From Deltaproteobacteria bacterium (lineage in GTDB: Bacteria > Lernaellota > Lernaellaia > JACKCT01), in the NCBI GenBank assembly GCA_027493875.1, contig JAOSJX010000002.1, positions 229,349 to 293,348 on the forward strand: 64,000 bases of DNA, written 5' to 3'. The position numbers and the translations under genes are program-made. This document shows, one piece after another, positions 10,616 through 20,567 of the stretch (positions are counted from its first letter, which is position 1; the number at the start of each line of letters is the position of its first letter). Below the pieces are notes generated by a model. That model had not been told where the DNA came from. It did no database searches and saw nothing but the letters and a program-made list of their open reading frames with translations.

Positions 10616-12098
10616 TTAAATGAAGGAAACGTAGTTCGAGGTTTTCAAGGCCGGGCTTTTGACGTGAAGGAAATAGCGGAAGCCCGACAGCCAGCTCATG
10701 CCGAAGATGCGTTTTTCATTGACGAGCGCGACGAGAAAGCTCAGCGGCGCAAGGAGATTCGCCCAGCGCGTTTCGATGAGTTTTTTTACCCAGCGGTCCG
10801 GGACGCGCAGCACGTGCGCCAAATGCCAGAGGCGCAAAAGGCGCATCGTCCGAACAGGCTCGGTGCGTTTGAAGAGGCTTTCCGCGGGCCACGCGGGAAG
10901 ATCGGCGACTTCGTAAATTCGGTCCTCGAAATCGGGCGCGAGGTAACCGTCTTCGATCAGGCTGCGCGTCATCCGGCTTTTGGGAAACGGGGTGAGGACG
11001 GTGACGCGGGTGTGCGTTGCGCGGAGCTCGACGTTGAGCGAGAGGGTTTGGATGTCCTGCTCGACGGTCCCCCACGGCAATCCGAGCATGTTGAACGTGA
11101 CGAGTTTGATGCCGCGCCCGCGCAGGAGCTCGGCGATTTCGCGAAACCGCGCGGCGCGGATCGGTTTGTTGAGGCGCTCGCGCCGCAGCTCGTCGTCGGC
11201 GACTTCAAGCCCGACGGCGAGGACCTTGCATCCGGCGTCGGCGAGCAGCCCGACCGTTTCCTCGTTGGCGAACGTGGCATAAGTGTTGGCCGAAAAATCG
11301 ACGCCGACGTGCTTTCGATAGTAGGCGGAGAATTCGCGCAGCCATCCGACGCCGCTATTGAACAGGTCGTCGGAGAAATGCGCCATCGTCAGCGGATAGC
11401 GGCGGCGCACGTCGTTGATTTCCTCGGCGATGCGTTCGACGGACTTCCGCCGGTAAAAATGTTTGGGATCGCCGGCCATGGCGCGGAACGTGGGATTGAA
11501 ACAATAACCGCAGGCGTTGAGGCAGCCGCGCCCGGTGCCGAATTTTTTTCCATGGAAATCGGGCGATGAACGGGTAGCGATAGTAAAGATCGCGGTCGGG
11601 CATGGCGGTGGCGTCGAGATCTCCCAAGAGCGGCCGCGCGGGATTGACCCGATAGCCGACGCCGTCGCGCGCGATCAGGTTGGGGATGTTCGACGGGTCA
11701 TCGCCGTTCACGCACGCTTGCAGAAAATCGGCGACGACGCCTTCGGCTTCGCCCGAGAATGCGAAGTCGACGCCGTCTTGAAGAACGACGTTGGGAAAAA
11801 AGGTCGGATGCGTTCCGCCGAGAAGAACCGGCGCGCGGGTATGACGCTTTGCCGTGCGCGCCAGCCTCAGCGCGGTGTTGTGGCCGAGAAGGTCGGCGGG
11901 AATGACGACAAGGTCCGGGTTAAAGCCGCGCAGTTTTTTCCGGAAGCGCCGGCTCCTCGCGCTCCAGAAAAAGACGGCCAACGACTCCTTGCGCCTTCAG
12001 ATGACCAGCGAGTTCGGTCAGGCCGAGCGACTCGTTGATCGCGTTGCCTTGGAGAAACGCGACGCGCGCTCCGTCCAGGTTTTTGCGTTCTCCGCCAT
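10616..12098 (-). CDS. Cobalamin-binding radical SAM protein (class B methyltransferase-like), several frameshifts
   Basis: B12-binding region (PDLVV..PVLLGGTHPT, VDFAFSGEAE), RGCLNACGYCFNP CxxxCxxC near 11490-11530, FSDDLF, GLE, FNMLGLP. Confidence 0.8.
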
Positions 12099-12161
12099 CG
12101 CGTTCGCCCCTCACATAACGGACGACGTCAGAAATATCACAATTCTCGTTGCGGGGGAATG

Positions 12162-12961
12162 TCAGCGGTTCGAGGCGATCTCGTTTTCCAGAAACCGGAT
12201 CGCTTTGGCGTACTGATTTTGCGACAGGGCGTGCCCGACGCCGTGCTCGACGTGGTAGGTCATCGCGATGCCGAACCTCTGCGCCGTATCGGCGAGCCGC
12301 TGCGCGAGGCGTTCGCGGCCGCGATCGCGGCTGCCGACGGTGAGAAAGAAGCGCGTCGGCACGAACGACGAGGGCATGGTGTAGCCCTCGGCGGCGATGA
12401 GAACCGCCGCTTTGCAATCCTCGGGATAGAGCAGCAGAAGCGTTCGGCGAATTGGGCGCCCGCCGCGTAGCCCCAGAGATACAGGGCATGCGTGTCGACG
12501 GGATATTTCGCGGCCATCCGGAGGAGAATGCGGCGCGTGGCGGACCCGGACCACACCTCCGGAAATTGAAAGCTCGCCTTGGCCCGCAGCTCGCTCTTGG
12601 TGAACCGAAAGTGAATTCCCAACACGGCAACGTGATTCCGGTGCGCGAATTCACGCCAGCTCCCATCCTCCGGTCCGGCGACGCCGGTTCGGCCGCGCGG
12701 GTAGATCAGAACGGGAACGGACATCCCGTCTTCCACGGCCGGCATGTCGACGGTGTAGAGCAGCGGATTGTTGATGCGGCTTTCCGTCGGGATGCCGTCC
12801 GACAGCGTTTTTTCGACTGGCGCGGGTGTTGGTGCGGCGGACCGGCGCGGCGGCGTGGTGTACGCGATGAAGTAGAAGACAGAGGCCATGACGGACGCGA
12901 CGGGAACGGCCGCGAGCAGGACAATCAACCTGTCCCGCTCCCGCGACCGCCCTGGCGTCAT
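12162..12961 (-). CDS. Membrane-anchored alpha/beta-hydrolase-fold protein (esterase-like), frameshift near 12445
   Basis: N-terminal TM helix; LYLWGYAAGAQFAERF elbow-like motif; VGSRD and GVGH C-terminal acid/His positions. Confidence 0.55.
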
Positions 12962-13847
12962 TTTCTATCTCCGCGGAATCGGATGAGGCCTTCCTGCGCG
13001 GTGCAGGCGACGAGCCGGCCCTCGCGATCGTAGACGCGGCCGAGATTCAGACCGCGCGCGCGGCCGGCGCTGGGGCTGGCCATGGCGTGCAAGAGCCAAT
13101 CGTCCATGCGGAAGTCGCGGTAGAACCAGATGGAATGATCGAGGCTGGCGACCTGCATCGAGCGTTCGAAATAGCTGTGGCCGTGCGGGTTCATCGAGGT
13201 TTGGATGAGGCCGAAGTCGGAGGCGTAGGCCAGCAGGTAATGATGCACCATCGGATCGTCCGGCAACTTGTCGATGGACCGCATCCACGAGTAGCGGACC
13301 GGGTCGCGTTTATCCGGCGCGAAGGGATTGAACGGGTTGACCGGGCGGATTTCGATGGGACGCTCGGCGGTGAGCTTGGTGCGAATCGGCTCGGGGATCT
13401 TGTCTTCCATGAGGCGCGTCAATTCGGCTTCGGACGGCAGACCGTCCGGGCCGGGGACGTCGGGCATGTCGTCCTGATGCTCGAAGCCTTCCTCGCGCAC
13501 CTGAAAAGAGGTCGCCATGGAAAAAATCGCCGAGCCTCTTTGGATGGCGACGACGCGGCGCGTGGTGAAGCTTTTGCCGTCGCGGATGCAATCGACCTGA
13601 TAAATGATGGGGCGCGTGGGATCGCCGGGGCGAAGGAAGTTTAGCCGTGAAGGCTGTGGACGTGGCGGTCACCCGGCACCGTTCGGATCGCCGCGGAAAG
13701 GGATTGCCCGAGCACGTGCCCGCCGAAAAGATTTCCGAAACCGAGGTCGATGCTGCGGCCCCGAAAAATTGTCTCTTCGATGCGTTCGAGTTCCAGGGCG
13801 TCCAAGAGTTCCGCGAGCGCGGAGCGTTCCGCCGGGGCCTGCGTCAT
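12958..13847 (-). CDS. tesB: Acyl-CoA thioesterase II (frameshifted)
   Basis: LLDALELERIEE.IFRG, LFGGHVLGQ, HSLH, LAYASDF, ASLDHSIWF, DDWLL, GRGLNLG-like, AQEGLIR. Confidence 0.9.
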
Positions 13848-13942
13848 GGGTACCTTCCGTGCGAATTTTTGATCACGAATACCAACGCCGGATGGTTATC
13901 GTGAATGGGCGCCGAATGAACAGGCGACGAACGCATCGACTT

Positions 13943-15298
13943 TCAGGCCCCGCAACAGGCGGCGTCTGATTTTGTGACGTCGCTTTCCACGGCGTCATCG
14001 TCGCTCGGGACCGCGGAATCGTCGTCGGCGGACGCAACCGTATCGTCGTCGACCGGATCACCGTCGTCGTGATCGTCGTCGCCAAACCAGCAGTTCCCAC
14101 AACAGTTGTACTCTTCGTCGCACGATTCGGGGGCGCAGGGATCACCGGAGTGGTCGGCGCAGGCGCCGTCCCGGCAAAAATCGATGCCGGTGCAGAAGAG
14201 ACCGTCGTTACAGGCGATACCGTCGCGCGGCGTCCAGGCGTCCGACGATTGGTCCGGATCGCAAATCGCGCAAACGTTTCCAGGCTCGGGCTTGCCGGGC
14301 GGGTAGCAGATGTTGTCGATGAGACACCCGTCACAGGATCCTGAAAGATCTACTTTCGAAAGCCAGATATCCACACCGCCGGTTTCCGACACGCGTTGTC
14401 CGGCTAGATAAAACCCGCCGCCCGCGTCAGGAGCCACCGACGATCTGTAAGCCGTTACGGCATCGTCGACGTAGAATCCGCACTCTATCGCCCCCGTCCG
14501 GCCGATACGAAAGCATCAAGGCATCGTGCGCCGACGGATCGTCGGCCCGCTGCGAGCCTCCGGACACAACGATGCTGCCGTCCTCTTCGATCGCCAACCC
14601 GGTTGCTCCACTCTCGCTCTCACCAAATTCCTTGAATTCAGCCGTCCACCGCAAGTCGCCGTCGGGCGCGTATTTCGCGAGAAAGATATCGTTCGTCGCG
14701 TCGGAATATTCGTCCGCCGCCGCGATTTTGCCCGCGACGACGAGATCACCTGACGACTCCCACGCCATCATTTTCGCGGCCGCCCCCGCCGTCCCGACCG
14801 TCCAGAGGAGATCACCGTCCCCGCTGATTTTTTGAAGCAACATCGTGCCCGGGTATACCGTTCCGGCAAAATAAAAATTTCCGGCATCGTCGATCAACGA
14901 CGCCTCCGCAACATACGAATCTTCTGCTCGATCGTGTCTCAGCCAAAGAACGTTGCCGTCATTATCGATCTTCAGCGACAGCGCGTTCCAACCTTTGTGA
15001 AAAGAGTCACCGGCGGCGTACGTTGAACCGTCCGGCGCCGCACGGACGACACTTATCCAATCCGCCGCATTGGACGGACTATTGTATCGTACGGTCCACA
15101 TCCTCCGGCCGTCGGCGTCGTAGCGGACGAGATACGCGTCCGTATTGTCGGAATCGTCCCGCGTCAGCCCGGCGACGACAATGCTTCCGTCAGCATCGAC
15201 GTCGAGCGCTTTGGCATCGTTGGTGGTGCTCCAATCGCCATCATCCATCGCATACCAGAGCCGTGCTCCCGTCCCGTCATATTTGACCGTTAAAAATC
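13943..15298 (-). pseudogene. 3' part of a secreted SBBP-type beta-propeller + Cys-rich domain protein, interrupted by IS1595
   Basis: Repeats TVKYD, LVRYD, LAKYAPDG..WT; Cys-rich CNDGLFCTGIDFC; Asp-rich tail ending DAACCGA*; extra frameshift near 14480. Confidence 0.8.
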
Positions 15299-15348
15299 CG
15301 GAATTATCTACTTTACGCAGGGGCGTCTTCTAGGGTAGAATCCGGGGC

Positions 15349-16305
15349 ATGGCAGTCCGTTTCCCATCATTCAGACGGCTTTCCAGCTATCTCTTCTTTA
15401 TTCTGTTTTTGCTTTCTGGGTTTGGCGTCATGAACGACATATACGGAATATTGGACTTTTTAAGCGGCCCGATTGACTATGTCCTATTGGCAGAAATAGT
15501 CACGTTGGCATTGTTTTGGGGCGTATATCGCCAACAAAACCGGGATCATAATTCTATCAAGAGCAAGATGGAGTCGATGTTCTCTGAAAGCGCGATTCGT
15601 TCCGAACTCAAATCATTGGTAAGGCGGGGATATGAAATTAAACGTGCTATTGCGAATGGTGAATGGGTAGATGGTGGGGGCGGTCTTGAGCACTATAAAA
15701 TGGTTTCCGAGCATTGGAAAAATGATACACGTTCGTTCATTAGCCCCAGGGAATCCATTTTGAAAACAACGGCCGGAGCGTTTTTAGCTTGCACGGATAA
15801 ATTTATCGGACCGGACGGGAAAGCAAATTTGGATGTGCCGCAGTTTGTTGTTAGACATGCTTACGGGATTGATTACGCTACGGCTGAACAGTTGGTCATT
15901 CACCGTGAGAGATTGTGGCATTTAGAAATCGTTCTAAAAGCATGGGAAAACGACGTGGATCAGGGCGTCATTAGGAATTATCGTCTAGATATTCTCCGCT
16001 CGCAGATAATGGAGCACGTAAATAATGGCAGCAAGATAAAATTAGAAAAAGACAAAAACGGAGATTCTAACGAGTCTGAATATTTAGATCTCTCTCTCCG
16101 ATGGAAATGGGAATTATTTGTTTTGCTAAAATCTTTTAAGGATATCTCTCCATTTAGCTACAACGATGTTGGCTATGTCCCTGATCATAATCTTCCGTTA
16201 GATGTCCAAGCTGTATTACATTTAATTAGCTCAGAAGAAATCAAACATTATAGGGCGGTTCATCAGCTTGACTATTTGCGAAGAAGGCATTTCAAAGATG
16301 CCTAA
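15349..16305 (+). CDS. IS1595 passenger gene: 2 TM helices + two tandem helical domains, function unknown
   Basis: Intact 318-aa ORF, visibly AT-richer than the host, entirely inside the IS ends. Confidence 0.8.
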   Translation: MAVRFPSFRRLSSYLFFILFLLSGFGVMNDIYGILDFLSGPIDYVLLAEIVTLALFWGVYRQQNRDHNSIKSKMESMFSESAIRSELKSLVRRGYEIKRAIANGEWVDGGGGLEHYKMVSEHWKNDTRSFISPRESILKTTAGAFLACTDKFIGPDGKANLDVPQFVVRHAYGIDYATAEQLVIHRERLWHLEIVLKAWENDVDQGVIRNYRLDILRSQIMEHVNNGSKIKLEKDKNGDSNESEYLDLSLRWKWELFVLLKSFKDISPFSYNDVGYVPDHNLPLDVQAVLHLISSEEIKHYRAVHQLDYLRRRHFKDA

Positions 16306-16306
16306 C

Positions 16307-17203
16307 CTACGCCGTCAACTCCCGGTACTCCATGTTCCCCGCGCCGACGATCTCCCGCATTGCGTCCCGGAAGATGTAGCGGTTTTTCCGGTTGTTGTAC
16401 CGGAACTCGAACTCATCGAGATAGGCCGCCAAGTGCTTCTTGCTGACCTTGTGGTAGGAACCCACGAGCGACCGCTTGAACAGCGCCCACGCGCCTTCGA
16501 TGGTGTTGGTGTGAACGTCGCCCCGTACCCACTCGTCGGCGGAATGGTTCACTGTCTCGTGCTTCGTGTTCCCGTCGCCGAGATTGCCATACGCGGGCCA
16601 GTCGTCCGTGTAGATGGCTTCGGCTTCGCCCGACACGTTATCGCCCACGAACTTGTGAAGGTCTTTGCGGGAACGGGTCTTGCCCTTCTTGATCTGGACG
16701 TTTCCGCCACGCTGGGCCGCGCCGATCACGAGGGCTTTGTTGCCCTTGTAACCGTGTCCCACGTCCTTGCGCTTTCCACCGATCCACGTTTCGTCGATTT
16801 CGATGATGCCGGAGAGCAAACCATCGGGCGTCTCAAGGGCCTTACGGATACGATGGCACAGGAACCACGCGGTCTTGTACGCGACTTTCAGGGTGCGCTT
16901 GAGTTGGTTTGCGCTCACGCCCTTCTTGGATTCGACCATCATATAAACGGCGAGAAACCACTTCCACAGCGGCAAGTGGGTGTCGTGCATGATCGTGCCG
17001 GACGTGACGGAGAACTGGTAGCGGCAAGCATCGCACTCGTACTGATTGCGCTCGCGAATGCGGGAAACCGTCGTTTCTTCGTTGCAGCGGGGGCACGTCA
17101 CGCCGTCCGGCCAGCGAAGCTGCTCAAGGTACTCACGGCACTTGTCTTCGCTGTTGAACTGTTCCACCAGAGAAACGAGGTTCATTTCGTATGACTGAGC
17201 CAT
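16307..17203 (-). CDS. IS1595-family DDE transposase
   Basis: Zn-ribbon CPRC..YECDAC, LPLWKWF, EIDETWIGG, IYTDDW..Y, HETVNHS, HTNTIEG.W, YLDEFEFRYN. Confidence 0.93.
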   Translation of the reverse strand: MAQSYEMNLVSLVEQFNSEDKCREYLEQLRWPDGVTCPRCNEETTVSRIRERNQYECDACRYQFSVTSGTIMHDTHLPLWKWFLAVYMMVESKKGVSANQLKRTLKVAYKTAWFLCHRIRKALETPDGLLSGIIEIDETWIGGKRKDVGHGYKGNKALVIGAAQRGGNVQIKKGKTRSRKDLHKFVGDNVSGEAEAIYTDDWPAYGNLGDGNTKHETVNHSADEWVRGDVHTNTIEGAWALFKRSLVGSYHKVSKKHLAAYLDEFEFRYNNRKNRYIFRDAMREIVGAGNMEYRELTA

Positions 17204-17352
17204 CAAAGACCCCCAAGAAGAAAAAGAAGCTGACCGAACTGACCGACAAGGCGGCGATCCGCCGACTGTTCCCCAAGGAGGTTGTTCGGAAGGTTGAAGC
17301 GGAAATCGGTCATGGAAAGAAGCCTCCTAAGCGATCACAGGAGGCAGATTAG
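17191..17352 (+). CDS. Small basic 53-aa ORF inside IS1595, divergent from the transposase (not in ORF track)
   Basis: MTEPSKTPKKKKKLTELTDKAAIRRLFPKEVVRKVEAEIGHGKKPPKRSQEAD*, GAGG upstream, ends 11 bp inside the right IR. Confidence 0.5.
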   Translation: MTEPSKTPKKKKKLTELTDKAAIRRLFPKEVVRKVEAEIGHGKKPPKRSQEAD

Positions 17353-17387
17353 CATGGGGAGAGCCCTGTGTCAAGTAGATAATTCCG

Positions 17388-17769
17388 AAAAATCTTTCTG
17401 GCCGAAGTAGCGGTATGTTGTTCCCGTGACGATCACGTTTCCCGCGCCGTCCATCGCCGCGGCGACGATTTCGTCCCAATAGTTTCCGGCGAGATCCGTT
17501 GCCTCCCAAAGCAAATCGCCGCCCGGCGAATAGCGCAACGTTACAAAGTTGCCCGGCGTTCCCCAAAGGGTCGTTTCGGAAGAGTACCCCGCAAGCACAA
17601 CACCGTCTTCGCCGTCGCCAATCGCCGCAACGGAATAATCGTACCGATGGTCCGGTCCGTCGTACGTCCGTTCCCAGGCGATATTTCCGGCGCGCGCGAC
17701 CGCCGGCGCCGCGCTCTCGATCAGCAGCATCGCCGCGAAGAAATACGGCCATCGCCAACGCGTTCTCAT
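17388..17769 (-). pseudogene. 5' part of the SBBP beta-propeller gene disrupted by IS1595
   Basis: Signal peptide, IAWERTYDG, NFVTLRYSPGGDLLW; reading ...FGQKDF continues as (L)TVKYDG on the far side of the IS. Confidence 0.8.
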
Positions 17770-17894
17770 GGTCGGTCTCCCAAGTCAACAACGCAAATCA
17801 CAAAATCGCCGCCGTCATGATACGTCCGCATTTCCCTCTTCGAAAAGCCGACGGCGGCCCCGGCTGGGCCGGGGCCGCCGTCGGTTCGCCTCGG

Positions 17895-20285
17895 TCACAT
17901 GTCGTCGAAGTAGAGGGGAACCACGTTCAGATTCACCCAGTATCGCGTATCGGTGACGACAATCCCGTACTCCGACAAGGTGAAAAGCGCGTCTTCGATC
18001 ACCGCGGACCTCAGCGGCATCGGGCGGCCGGCCACGGGTCCGCCCACCGGATCGATGCGCGTGTGCTCGATCGGACGCACGTAGCTGAATCCGTCCTCGG
18101 GCGTGACGTAGAACTCGAGGAAGCCGGTGAACGGGCGCGGGACCCAGCCGCCGCCGAACCAGCGGTCGCTGGAGATCGGAACCGACAAAAGGTCCATCGG
18201 CTCGTAATAGAAAAACGCGTGATGCTCGAACTTCGCCTCGGAGGCGAGTCCCTCCTCGCCGAGATCCAGAAAATACCGGCGCGTGGGATGGGCGAAATCG
18301 GAAATGTCGAAGATCGACAGCGCGACGCCGCCGTGCGCGCCGGCGTCCGTTCCGCCCTCGCCGATCGTCAGCAGGTGATCGTCGCCGAGCGGATGGATGT
18401 ACGTGGAGAAGCCGGGAATCTGCAATTCGCCGACGACCGCCGGGTTGTACGGGTCCGACAGGTCGAGGGTGAACAGCGGATCGCATTGACAATCGTCGCC
18501 GTCGTCATCCTCTTCCCAGGGATCGTCCCAATCGTTCCAGGGATCGTCGTCGAACTGCGACGGATAGGTGACGAGGTAGCCCCTGGGCCCCATGAAACGC
18601 GCGGTGTAAATTTCCTCGGTCGGCGCGATTTCATCGACGAATCCCGCCAAGGCTGGCGTGCCGCCGGCGACGTCGTACACGTACACGCCGCTGGCGATCG
18701 AGCTCGTCGGGTCGCCGTATGAGGCCGCCACGCGCAGGAAGCCGTCGGACTCGCTCATGCTCCACTGATTGAGCACGAAACCCGGCACGAGCGCGGACGC
18801 CGTATAAACCGCGCGGCCCGGTTCGGTCGCCACGTCGAAGACGTGGATCTCGTTGCCGTCGGGAAAGACCGAGGGATCGTCGCCGAAGAGATTGCGCGCG
18901 CCGTCGATGCTGCTCGCGACGTACACGCGCTCGCGGCTCGCATAGACCACCAGGCCCGACGCGAGAACGCCGATGGATTCCATCGTGTCCTCCTGGCCGT
19001 CGAAATTGAGCGTGAGGACCGAGACGACGTCGCCGCCGGCCCGCGTCTGGGGATGGTAGTAGTCGGCGCACGGCGAGAGGTACCCCTCGTCGGCGATTCC
19101 CTCGGCGCCGTCCCGGACGGAGGAGCGCGGCAGCCATTGATCCAACGTTCCTTCCTCGATCAGGCCGCGGTTACGCTCCATCAATTCCTCCACCGCCCGT
19201 TCGAACGCGTCCCGGCTCGGGAAATCCCACGGGTCGAGCCGGTAGATCAGCGCGGGGCCGCCCTTCGTCGTATGAAGCACGATGTGGATGCGGCGGTCGA
19301 TGCGCCGCGTGCCCGCGACGGTTCCCTCCGCATACCGTTCGCGCAAGACCAAGGGAGCCGACGGGTCGGTCACATCGATCACGGTGATTTTCAGAATCTC
19401 GTCGTCGATGGAATCGAAGGGGGCATCGGCCCAGAGCCCGTCCGGCCGGCGGTCCCGCGCGATCGCCGTGAGCGTCACGACCAGGTCGTCGAAGAAGTGC
19501 ATCCCGAGCGGACGTCCCTCGACGGCCATCGCGCTGCGGATGCGCGTGGCCCAGGGGGGATTGGCGTCGAGAATATGAAGACGGCCGCCGCTCAAGACGT
19601 AGAGGAATTGGCCGTCCGTCTTGATGATGTCGTCCTCGTCCACGCCGGGTTCCTGGACGTTCGTTTCGCTGTGTTCCGGATCGGCGCTGTCGGCGTCGTC
19701 GTCATCGCCGCCGTCCGCGTCGTCATCCGAATAGTCGTTGTCGTCATCGCCGTCATCGTCGTAATAATCGTCGTCGCCGCCGAAGTCGTCGTCGCCCGCG
19801 GCCGCGCCCTCGCCGTCGTCGTCGTCGTCGCCGGCGTCATCGTCTCCGCCGCCGCTTTTCGCGGACATCCCGCAACCGCCTCCCCCGCTATCGCCGTCGG
19901 CGCCGGATTCGGCGCCCGTCGGCGCGCAACCGCAACAGGCCCCGCCATCCTCGTCATCGGTCGCTTCGAAAACATCGCTTTCGCTTCCGGCACCGCCGCC
20001 TCCCCAATCATCGTCGTCGCCGCGATCATCGTCCCAATCGTCGTCCCAACCGCCGCCGTCGTCGGATCCCCAATCGTCGGGAACGGTGTTTTCGCGCGTT
20101 ACGCGGTCTTCCATGGAGGCAATGGTCGCCTGCTTCAACCATTGCTCAACATCGAGACAGTCTTCGCATGTGATCAGCAACGGCTCGCTCTGAGCGCTTG
20201 CGCTTGCGGCCCACGCCGCCACCATCACGAGCGCAAGAGCGATACACGCACCCTTCGATCCACGCCGAACATCATCAACCTGCAT
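17895..20285 (-). CDS. Secreted Beta_propel-family protein with long Asp/Gly-rich linker
   Basis: HSETNVQEPGVDEDDIIKTDG, VPG.VLNQWSMSE.DGFLRVA, EEIYTARFMG.RGYLVT, DPLFTLDLSDP.NP.VVGELQIPGFSTYIHP. Confidence 0.85.
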   Translation of the reverse strand: MQVDDVRRGSKGACIALALVMVAAWAASASAQSEPLLITCEDCLDVEQWLKQATIASMEDRVTRENTVPDDWGSDDGGGWDDDWDDDRGDDDDWGGGGAGSESDVFEATDDEDGGACCGCAPTGAESGADGDSGGGGCGMSAKSGGGDDDAGDDDDDGEGAAAGDDDFGGDDDYYDDDGDDDNDYSDDDADGGDDDDADSADPEHSETNVQEPGVDEDDIIKTDGQFLYVLSGGRLHILDANPPWATRIRSAMAVEGRPLGMHFFDDLVVTLTAIARDRRPDGLWADAPFDSIDDEILKITVIDVTDPSAPLVLRERYAEGTVAGTRRIDRRIHIVLHTTKGGPALIYRLDPWDFPSRDAFERAVEELMERNRGLIEEGTLDQWLPRSSVRDGAEGIADEGYLSPCADYYHPQTRAGGDVVSVLTLNFDGQEDTMESIGVLASGLVVYASRERVYVASSIDGARNLFGDDPSVFPDGNEIHVFDVATEPGRAVYTASALVPGFVLNQWSMSESDGFLRVAASYGDPTSSIASGVYVYDVAGGTPALAGFVDEIAPTEEIYTARFMGPRGYLVTYPSQFDDDPWNDWDDPWEEDDDGDDCQCDPLFTLDLSDPYNPAVVGELQIPGFSTYIHPLGDDHLLTIGEGGTDAGAHGGVALSIFDISDFAHPTRRYFLDLGEEGLASEAKFEHHAFFYYEPMDLLSVPISSDRWFGGGWVPRPFTGFLEFYVTPEDGFSYVRPIEHTRIDPVGGPVAGRPMPLRSAVIEDALFTLSEYGIVVTDTRYWVNLNVVPLYFDDM

Positions 20286-20439
20286 GAGAACCTCCGTTGA
20301 AAATAACGACAGGCCCCTGGGCAAACGGCATGCGGGCGCGCGCCGATCTCAAACCCCGGCTCACCGCCTTTTGGTTTTGGGAGAATCAGCATGGGGCGCG
20401 CCCCGAATGATGAATTGAAAGAAACCGGCGAGGCGTTAC

Positions 20440-20454
20440 GCATATCCCGTGCCA
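20440..20454 (-). promoter_or_regulatory. Sigma-54 (-24/-12) promoter upstream of the Beta_propel gene
   Basis: Minus strand CTGGCACGGGATATGC matches YTGGCACG-N4-TTGC with exact GG-N10-GC spacing. Confidence 0.6.
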
Positions 20455-20567
20455 GATGACAAACCCATTGAAATTACGGGCGGATCGTATTTTCGCCGCC
20501 GCGATATCATGCCTTATCGCGACAAAATATCACGACAAACTTCGAAAATCTGATACCAAACAGATGT

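Larger units (their letters stand above)
15299..17387 (-). mobile_element. IS1595-family element (2089 bp) with passenger gene
   Basis: 24-bp terminal inverted repeats CGGAATTATCTACTT(T/G)AC(G/A)CAGGG at 15299-15322 and 17364-17387 (22/24 identical); flanking direct repeat AAAAATC at 15292-15298 and 17388-17394. Confidence 0.92.

Noticed and set aside
16268-17194. 308-aa plus-strand ORF inside IS1595
   Set aside because: Antisense shadow of the transposase, with no recognisable motifs
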